In this document: piece by piece, positions 1 to 8,600 of the stretch | How the letters are laid out: the number at the start of each line of letters is the position of its first letter | Position numbering within the stretch: position 1 is the stretch's first letter | IMG/VR virus record: IMGVR_UViG_3300048836_000452 | From: an uncultured virus (IMG/VR IMGVR_UViG_3300048836_000452) | Lineage: Duplodnaviria; Heunggongvirae; Uroviricota; Caudoviricetes | Reading direction: 5' to 3' (one strand) | DNA: 20,000 nucleotides | Translations under genes and position numbers: made by a program | Notes under the pieces: model-generated | Database searches by the model: none | Told to the model about the DNA's origin: nothing | What the model saw: the letters and a program-made list of their open reading frames with translations, nothing else

Positions 1-2667
1 CCGGTTAACTCCAACATGTGGCGTGAGGGCTATCGGGCCAGAGATATTCTTCTTCCCCCGCTGACGATCAATCGTGCCTTCAGGAACGCCACTGGCGCTC
101 CCTTGCGCGAGGAATTCTCGAACTTGGGCCGCTTCGCCTACTACACGGGTTGGGCAGGGCACCCTCGCTATGAGATGGCGGTCCGTGGCAAGAAGCTGCT
201 CGATGATGCGATCGCGGCGCAGGAGGACCAGGGCCTCATCACTAACCGGATCAACAAGGAGTTCGAGCCAAAGCTGAAGGAGGCGCGCAAGGCCCTGGCT
301 GACGCCTCCAAGGGGAGGAGCCAGTCACAAATCACGACGGCCACCAACAACCTGAATGCGCTTCTCGCGCAGAAGGATGACGCCATTGCGGCGGTGACGG
401 CCAATGACCCGGATGCGCTCCGTGCGGAGATCGACAAGCAGATCGGGGCTGATTGGACCAAGACCAAGAACAAGATCAAGAAGGGGGCCAAGCTCGGCGC
501 TGCTGGCTTGGCCGCCGTCGGTGGAACGGTAGCCACGACTTTGGCCGCCAAGGCGATCATGGATGCCAATGCTGGCGGTGAAGACGGGGACTTGGTTGTC
601 AGGTTCGCCCGGGGTCAGCCTATGACCGATGACGAGATTGCCGAAGTCGAGGACATGTTCCCGCCTGAGGAATTCGAGGCCCTGCAGATTACCCGGAACA
701 AGGGGTTGGGCATTGATTACCCGCAGGCCAAGGAGCCGCTGTTCTTTCAGGGCGGCGCAGGCATGACGGACGGTGGTGGCTCACCCGCCACTCCTGCAGC
801 CTCGCCGGTCTCTACGGTCGAGGACTGGAACGACATCACCCAGAGATATGTCAGTGGTGGTGATCTTACGCCCGAGGAAGTGGCGGCGATGCAGCAGTTC
901 CTGTCGCCTGAGACCATGGCCGAACTGGATGGATACAGGGCCGCCGTTCAGCCAGCGCCCGCATCATCTCCGGGGCCAAGTGCTCCCTCGTATAAGCGAC
1001 CTGAGGTTGTCGAGCCTGAGGCGACGATGACGGCTGAGGAAGTTCTGGCCCTGATGGAGACAGACCCGGCCGCAGCGGCCGCCTATGTTCAGGAAAACCA
1101 GAACCAGCGCGACCTGGACGCGATCCGCAATTATGTCGATGCCGGCATCCAGAACTTTGCTGGGGCGCTCGACCTTCCGGAGAGCATCCAGGGCGGCCTT
1201 CGTAATGCTGCAGAGGGTGCTCGCACCGGTCAGGTGGGGGACGTTGTTCCTGACAATGTGGTTACGGACGTGTGGGATGGATATTCTGACCTTTGGTCCG
1301 AGTATGTGATGAACCCCTATGAGAGTTGGAAGCGCGGCGGCGATCCGAATGACCCGTCCTTCTTGCGGCGGCCTGCGGCCGCTGCGGCCAAGGCGCTGCT
1401 TCCGGAAGATGCTTACCGCGCCTACGAGGATTACGGGATCGGTGAGTTCCTCGACCCGATGAACTACGCTGACATGATCCTCGGCACCAAGTCCGACGAG
1501 CTTGGTCAGGGGGTTTACAACCTGGCTCGCGAGGGCCTGACTGCGATGGAGGCAGAAGGCACGACACCCGAGAGCTTTGTCGAGCCTTATCGCAAGATCC
1601 TTGGTGACCTTGGTGGTCAACCGCTGGGCTACCCGGGGGAGCAAGGGTCTGTCTTCGAGCCAGGCCCTCTCCCGGCATTCGGCGGTGCCCGGCCTGAACT
1701 TGCCCCTGGCGGCATGCCTCCGGCTCCCGCACTTCCCCCTGATGCACTATCCGGCTTTGTCCGCCCGGAGCTCACCGCGGCTGGCATGCCTGCTGCTGCT
1801 GCTGGTCCTGCGCCGATCGTGGAGCCTCAAGCCCCAGGCATGCCGATGGGGCCGGACGCAGAGCCGCAACCTCCGTCTGGTGGTGGCATCAGTGGGTTCT
1901 TCGGTGATCTGTTTGGTTCTGGCGACGACCAGCAAGCCAAGGACGAGAGCATTGACGGCATCATCGACGGGGCTGAGGTTCTAAACCCAAGGGGACAGAT
2001 TGATGCGTCTCCGCGCCCCCTCCCCCGTCCGGCCGGGCTGAATGAGGACGTGGCTCCGGCTATCGACGTGACCGTTCCAACTGTCAGTGCGCCGGCTGTG
2101 GCGACACCCACAACTCCCGCCGGTCGTCCTGCCCCGGGGGCAGTGGGGGACCTCAACACTTCGCGTGAGCGCGGGGTGGCCGGGCTGGCTGAAGATGCGG
2201 AGGCGGCTGAGGAGGAGTTGAACTGGATCAACCGCATGATGCGGGACAAGCTCGGTCTGACTGACGCCTCTGAGCGCGCCAAGGCGGCTGAGGCGCTGGT
2301 TTCTTTTGGATCGACCGTCCTGGCCTCAAAGGGCGACACTTGGCAGTCGATTGGGGAGGGTCTTCAGGCTGGCCTAGGGAGCGTTCTCGCTGCGAACGAC
2401 GAGGAAGCTGCTTCTATCGCGGCCCAGCAGGAGGCTATGGAGGAGGACGCTCGTTGGCGGGCGGATTACGCCCTCAGGGAATTGAACGCTCGCCGTGGCG
2501 GAGGGGCTGCGGGTGGTATGCCAGCAGACGTCCAGAAACTCGAATACCTCACTGGCATCTTCTACGAGCAGCTGATGGCCTCCGGGGGGATGACTGCTGA
2601 GCAGGCTGCGGTTGAGGCGCAGAGGATGGCGACTGACAGGATCTTCGAGGCGGAGGCCGCATACTGA
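1..2667 (+). CDS. Probable internal virion / DNA-ejection protein, probably 5'-truncated (frame is open from base 1; first ATG at 16)
   Basis: At least 883 aa, Ala/Gly/Pro/acidic-rich and low complexity. It has a coiled-coil-like N-terminal part and a Gly/Ala hydrophobic segment (LGAAGLAAVGGTVATTLAAKAIM). Its stop overlaps the start of the giant ORF (TGATG, 2665-2669). Function is inferred from composition and position only. Confidence 0.55.
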   Translation, partial: PVNSNMWREGYRARDILLPPLTINRAFRNATGAPLREEFSNLGRFAYYTGWAGHPRYEMAVRGKKLLDDAIAAQEDQGLITNRINKEFEPKLKEARKALADASKGRSQSQITTATNNLNALLAQKDDAIAAVTANDPDALRAEIDKQIGADWTKTKNKIKKGAKLGAAGLAAVGGTVATTLAAKAIMDANAGGEDGDLVVRFARGQPMTDDEIAEVEDMFPPEEFEALQITRNKGLGIDYPQAKEPLFFQGGAGMTDGGGSPATPAASPVSTVEDWNDITQRYVSGGDLTPEEVAAMQQFLSPETMAELDGYRAAVQPAPASSPGPSAPSYKRPEVVEPEATMTAEEVLALMETDPAAAAAYVQENQNQRDLDAIRNYVDAGIQNFAGALDLPESIQGGLRNAAEGARTGQVGDVVPDNVVTDVWDGYSDLWSEYVMNPYESWKRGGDPNDPSFLRRPAAAAAKALLPEDAYRAYEDYGIGEFLDPMNYADMILGTKSDELGQGVYNLAREGLTAMEAEGTTPESFVEPYRKILGDLGGQPLGYPGEQGSVFEPGPLPAFGGARPELAPGGMPPAPALPPDALSGFVRPELTAAGMPAAAAGPAPIVEPQAPGMPMGPDAEPQPPSGGGISGFFGDLFGSGDDQQAKDESIDGIIDGAEVLNPRGQIDASPRPLPRPAGLNEDVAPAIDVTVPTVSAPAVATPTTPAGRPAPGAVGDLNTSRERGVAGLAEDAEAAEEELNWINRMMRDKLGLTDASERAKAAEALVSFGSTVLASKGDTWQSIGEGLQAGLGSVLAANDEEAASIAAQQEAMEEDARWRADYALRELNARRGGGAAGGMPADVQKLEYLTGIFYEQLMASGGMTAEQAAVEAQRMATDRIFEAEAAY

Positions 2668-5600
2668 TGGACCAGGCAGGTCTGGGATACCCGGCTGCGC
2701 CGGCAGGTGTCGGGCTCAATGAGGCTCCTGCGGTCACGATGGGTGATCGCAACCGAGCTTTTGTCGAGAACCGCAAGATGGGCATGTCTGTGGTGGATGC
2801 GGCTCGCGCTGCAGGCATGGCCGTCGCCCCTCCCCCTCCCCCGGTCGCGGCTTCGCCTGCGCCCGTCGACGACCCCTCGATGCTGGACCTTGTTCCGGGG
2901 GCTATTCGCAGCACGGCAGCAAACACCCTCAAGGGTCTGGCGGAGATCGGCACCCGCCTGACGGGTGATGACGAGATTGCCGATCAGGGTGCGGAATGGG
3001 CGGAGGCCATCGGTCCGACGGAGAGCCAGATCGCACTGTCCAACGAGATGCGCGAGGATCGTCAGGCGACTTATGAGGAAGACCAGAACGGCGTGAAGCG
3101 CCTTGCTGGTGATGTCGGCCAGGCACTTACCGAAAGCGCGCCTCAACTCGGCCTTTCCATCGGCTCAGGTCTTGCGGCAAGGCAGGGGTATCGAACTTCG
3201 ATCAAGGCAATCTCCAAGCTCCTTCCTGGACGTCTGGGGAGGGTGGCTGAGGCCGTCTCCGAAAGCGCCTTCGGCAAGAACGCGTTTACCACGGCCGGCG
3301 CGGCCGCCCCGAACCTCGCGCTATCCTATGAGGACGGGATCCAGAAGGCGCTTGATCAGGGCCTTGATCCGTCCGACCCGGAGGTGCGGGACCGCATTGA
3401 CCAGTCCTCTGTCGCGCGCACCGTGTTCGAGACATTTACCCCGTTTGCCATTCTCAGGAAGATTGGCACGCAGGCCCATGTTGCCCGCACTGTGAAGGGT
3501 GCCTTGGCGCGTGAGGTGCCGAAGACCGGCCTCATCGAGGGGTCGAGTGAAGTGGTCGATATGGCTATCCAGGAGGTCATGCTTGACGAGGAGTTGCGCT
3601 CAAAGCTGAGCGATGAGGACAAGACGGCGCTGCTGCCCTATGCCGCCGATCGCTACGGATATGATGCTGCCGTTGCCGCCCTGTCGGGCGCTGCTGCCGG
3701 TGGCGCGTTTGACGCGCCAGGTGTCAGCATGCAGCAGAGCCTGACCAACCGGCGCTTGGCTGAAGACGCTCGCAAGGCGGCGACCGTGCTTGAGCCGATG
3801 GGCATGAGCGCCGCTGATCTTGAGGATCTGACGAAGACCCCCGAAGGGACAAAGAAGCTTCGTGAGGCTGTTGAGCAGCTGGGGTCTGTCGAGGCTGCGC
3901 GCGCCCGCCACTTCCGCAAGATTGACGAGATGGGGGCTGAGGAAGATACCGTCGCAGAGCTGAAGGCGCAGGTGAACCGGCAGCTCGATGAGCGTGTCGA
4001 CAAGATTGCCAAGGCGGTCGGCGCACCGAAGTCACTCGAGGATGTGCGCCGTGAGCGCACCTCGTGGGAGAAGGAGCGCCAGCGCACCGCGGCGGACCGG
4101 CTGGTCCGGCGAGGGCTGAAGCCGAAGAAGGACTTGCCCCCTGAAGTCGGTGAGGAGGTCGCCAACGCCCTTGACCAAGCCGAGGGGGAGGTCGACCGGT
4201 TGCAGACCCGGCTGGATGCGACAGCTAACGCTGAACGCCGGGCCGGCACCCAGGCCGAGCTGGACGCGGCGCTATCTACGCGGCGGCAGGCTCGGATTGA
4301 CGCTCGCATGAAGGTCGAGGGGCTGACCAGCGCCCAGGCTGTCAGGGCTGTGGAGCAGGAAGGCAAGCAGACCGAGGCGGAGAGACGCCTTGAGGCGCAG
4401 CGCGGAGCGCGGGAGCGCGCCATTGAGCGTCAGACCGAGATTGAGTTCCCGGAGACCATGGCGCCCGCGCTGCGCGCGCAGCGCGCACAGGAGGTTATCG
4501 CTGAGGCCGAGGCTGATGTTCGCCCCGACGCCGGTCTCGACGGGAAGATCAAGCGCCTCGAGCGCCAGAGACGGGCCGCGACATCTCCTGAGGATGTTGA
4601 TAGGCTCACAGACGAGATCGCCGATCTTGAGGCGCGGCGCGGTCTGCCCACACCTGCGGTGGAAGCAGCGCGTCGCGTTCTGCAGGCTCAGGGTGTAGCG
4701 GTCCCGCAGAGGGGTGAGGCGTCAGGGCCCACCGCTCAACCCGCTGAAGCTGAGGGTTTGCAGCCTGAGGCGGAGGCATCAGGGCCGGTGGGCGCGGCAG
4801 CGCCTGCCGGTCCGCGCAATACCGAGGTCGATGGAGACCTGGTTACCAACCTCAAGCGGGGTGGTGATAACGCGCCCCCACTGTCGGACACGACCCGCCC
4901 GGCTCGGGCCCGGCGTCTCTACAAGCGCCTGGTTGATCGCGGCGTGCCGGCAGATGATGCGGCCAAGCAGGCGGCGGAGCTGACTGCACCCGTGCCGGAG
5001 CCGTCGCCACAGCCGGACGGGAAGGGCTTCCTTGGTCGCTTGCTGTCGCCGCTCCCCACCCCCGCGCAGCAGGGCATCGTCCTCGATGCCCTTGAGCGGG
5101 CACGAAGCTATGTCCGCCCCAATGGAACCCTCTTCGAGGCTTATGCCTACGAGGATCTGGCTGGGCGCTTCCGCGCAGCCAGGACGGTCGATGAAGTCTA
5201 CGACATGATGGGCGACATCTCGGACGCCAGGTATGCCGAGGTGTCGGTGGTCATGACCCCCGATGGCCAGATCGTGACGGCAGGGACGAACAACAACCCG
5301 AACTCTGTCATTGTCATGGTGCCGAATGACGCCTTCGAGCGGGGGCTGATCGACATTCACACCCACCCTGTCCCGTCTGCCTTCTCGATGCAGGACCTCT
5401 ACTCGACCATGGGGAGCGGCCTGACCTCGCGGCTCGTTCTGACGGATGGTCAGGTTCTCGAAATTCGCCCTTTGGTCGCTGACGGTGAGCATCTGAACGA
5501 GGCCAAGGAAATGCTTCGCGAGGTCTCTCGCGCCATCATCGACGCAAGCCCGTCGCGTGGACCGACGGGTTACTACAACGTCCAGACCCGGGCTGAGGCC

Positions 5601-8600
5601 ATCACGCAGGCCGCCGAGATGATGGGCATGATCGACTACGTCCGCCCGTTCCGGGGCCTGGACCAGCAGCAGAAGGACATCGTTGATGCAACCCTTGACA
5701 CCTTCAGGCCAAGGCTCGAACGGATTAAGGCAGGTCTTGCGAGTGGACCACGACCGGATGGAGGAGCAGGAGCTTCGCAAGCTGGCCGGGAGCGGCGATC
5801 CCCTAGCCTCCGAAGAGCTGTCGATGCGGAAGAGGGAGCGAGCGAAACGGATGACATCGAGCAAGACGAACTCTCCGATCTCCTCGACGATCCCTACGAC
5901 GTCCGCCACTCCGCCCGAACAGACCGTAGACCTTCCGTCAGTCCCGAGCGACTGAGGGATCTGGCCACCTCGGTTCACGCCGAGCTTCTGCGCGACGCCA
6001 ATGCCAGCAGGCACCGGAAATCGCCGCTTGTCGCGGCGGTCCGGGACGGCAAGGTGACTGTCGATCAGATCGAAGCAGGCATCAAGGCGTGGGTAGAGAA
6101 CGACGGCTACAAGCGGATGCATGCCCTCGGCGATGTCGTCCGCAGGATGTTCCCCGACCATGTCATCGGTCCTGATGACTTCGTCGTGGACAAGCGGAAC
6201 AAGGTCGGCCAGGCGCGTTACGGCACGAAATACAATCGGCTTCTCGACAATGCCATCGAGCCTCACAAGATAGCGCTCGAGCTGGCCGAGAAGGTTTACG
6301 TTGGCAAGGCTGGCTACATCGACAGCCGGATGATCTGGGTCCGGAACAAGTCAGGCCTGAGGTTCAAGAGCGGCCTCGTCGTCGTCAGTGACCGGTTGAA
6401 GAACAGCCTCGAATTCACCAGCCCGCCGCACACCCGGTTCGATCCACCCTGGCCGGCTGACAACGTGTCGAAGATCAAGCGCGATGTGCGCGGAAACGCC
6501 TTCACCGACGACGCTCTTGAGCCAGCGCGCCGCACGGCGCGCTATCTGCAGGGCAACCGGTACACGCTCGATGCGGACCGTATCGCCAAACTGACCTCTG
6601 ACGACATGATCTCGAAGAAGGGTCTTGCGGCCGATGGCCTCAAGAAGTCCGACATCGAGCTGTATCGCAAGCTTACCCGCACGCCGCGGGCTCAGTGGAC
6701 CGACGTCGAGGCGAAGTTCATGGCCCGGCAGGGAGACAGCATCGGCGAGAAGATCGTCATCGCCGAGAACAAGCTCAAGCAGCTGCGCCGTGCCTATGAG
6801 ACCTTCAAGGAGCAGCACGGGCCCGACGCGGAGACCGGCTTCCTCTACCAGGTGGACAATCGCGGTCGCATCTATGCGGATGGCCAGTTCAACCCGCAGG
6901 GTGGCTCTGCGATCAAGGCAATCTTCAAGCATAAGGGTGTATCCCTGGCCGACATGACCGAGGTCGATGCTTCGGCTTCGGGCTGGCAGATCAACGCGCT
7001 GATGGCCCGTGACCACATTGCGGCGCCCGAGATCAACCTGGGCCGTGGCCAGGCAAGCGTGCCGGACGGGGTGAAGTCTGACCTCTACACCAACACGATC
7101 GCCAAGGTGGTGGAGCAGATCAGAGCTGACGCCGCGGTGGACGTGAAGTCTCTCCCGATCAGCCAGAGGTCTGATGCCCTGCGCCGCCAGCGCCTCGCCA
7201 AGGCCTTTATCAAGGCCGGCCTTGGTCCAGATGGGAAGCTGAACCGGGACGCCATCAAGGCTTCGGTGATTGCCGTAAACTACGGCGGGACGCGGGCGAA
7301 TTTCTCCAAGAACCTTCGCAAGGTGTTTGACGCCGACATGGATGCCTTCCGGGATGTTCAGGGCGACCAGCCTTGGTCCTACATCGGCAATCTGGCGTTC
7401 GAGAGCCTGAGAGCGACGGCCCCGCATTCGCTGGCCTTGCAGGAGTGGACGACCTCTTCGATCTCCAAGCTGGCCGAGGCTGTCGAGAAGAAGTATCCGC
7501 CCGGCGAGATGCCACCGCTGGTGTTCTCCGTGGGCCTCGAGGGCAAGGTCAAGGTCAAGAAGAAGAAGACCAAGGAGGCCGAAGCTGCCATTCGTGGTCG
7601 CACGGCGACGACTTTTGCCCGGGATGCAAACGGAGCTTACGTCCTTGACGAGGCTGGTGAGCGGGTTGTCGTGAACAACACGCGCGAGGACGTGGTCAAT
7701 TACAAGCAGCGCATCGACATCCTTGAGGTGGATGCCGACAAGATCGGCCGGGCGGTATGGGCGAACATCGTGCAGGGCTTTGATGCCTCTGTCCTGCACC
7801 GGGCGGTCGAGCGGTACAAGCAGATGACCGATGGCGCTTATATCACCACGAACCACGACAGCTTTACCGTTCCTCCGGAGCATGAAGGCGCGATTGCGGC
7901 TTCGGTCCGCGAGAGCATGAGGGCGATCATGGAGCAGGTAGATGCGCCGGCGCGCATCTACCAAGAGATCATGGACCAGGCCGCAGAGCATGGGGTCGAG
8001 ATCGACGTTCAGCCCTTCAGCAACATGGGCCAGTACAACATGGACGACCTAATGACCTCGACGCCGGTTTTCGGCGAAGGGGCCAAGGGCAAGGACTACA
8101 TTCCCGACTACGCCGAGATCCCGGAAGATGCTCCGACCTTGCGCCGCGCAGTCGATCCAGAGGTTCCGGCGGGCGGTGGGGGTGCCACCACCGTCGGATC
8201 GCCCCCTGCCCGCGTCCCGGTTCGCGAGCAGGGGGCCTCGGATATTTCCGATCTGTCGCCAAGTCTGCGGCGGGCTGTCGATGTCGCTGATTATATGGCT
8301 TCGCTTCCTGAAACCTCATCCGTTCTGGCCAAGGTGCAGGCGGCTGCGGCTTCGCCGCAGGTAGCCAATCGCAACCTGATGCAGATCCTCGAAGATACGG
8401 TCTTCAACTCGTTCGCTCCGATCCGGCGCCTCGAGATCGGCCTCAAGGGCAAGCTGCCCGACGGGGCTGAAAGCGCGTTCAAGGCCGCCGAGATGGCCGT
8501 CAACGACAGCGGGCGGCAGGAGGCGCTGCTCTACTATGGCGCGGCCAAGTTCGGTCAGCATGGCGAATATGCTGTTGCCCCCGGGACGATGGGTCTGAAG

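Noticed and set aside
4845..4870. TNLKRGGD (and SWKRGGD / SFLRRPAA in ORF1) as additional LRRAVD-like sites
   Set aside because: Too degenerate to distinguish from chance without homologue alignments.
7545..7573. AAG-rich tandem run as a DNA repeat or slippage site
   Set aside because: It is explained by Lys codons (KVKVKKKKTK), and the frame continues into conserved RNAP motifs.
6855..7870. Alternative reading of the polymerase domain as a family A DNA polymerase (NIVQG and HD resemble PolA motifs)
   Set aside because: DxRGRxY..NPQG, DxSxSGxQ..RD..NL, HDSF and the T7-like C-terminal foot are RNAP-specific. There is no DYSQIELR-type motif A, no HDE motif and no exonuclease domain.
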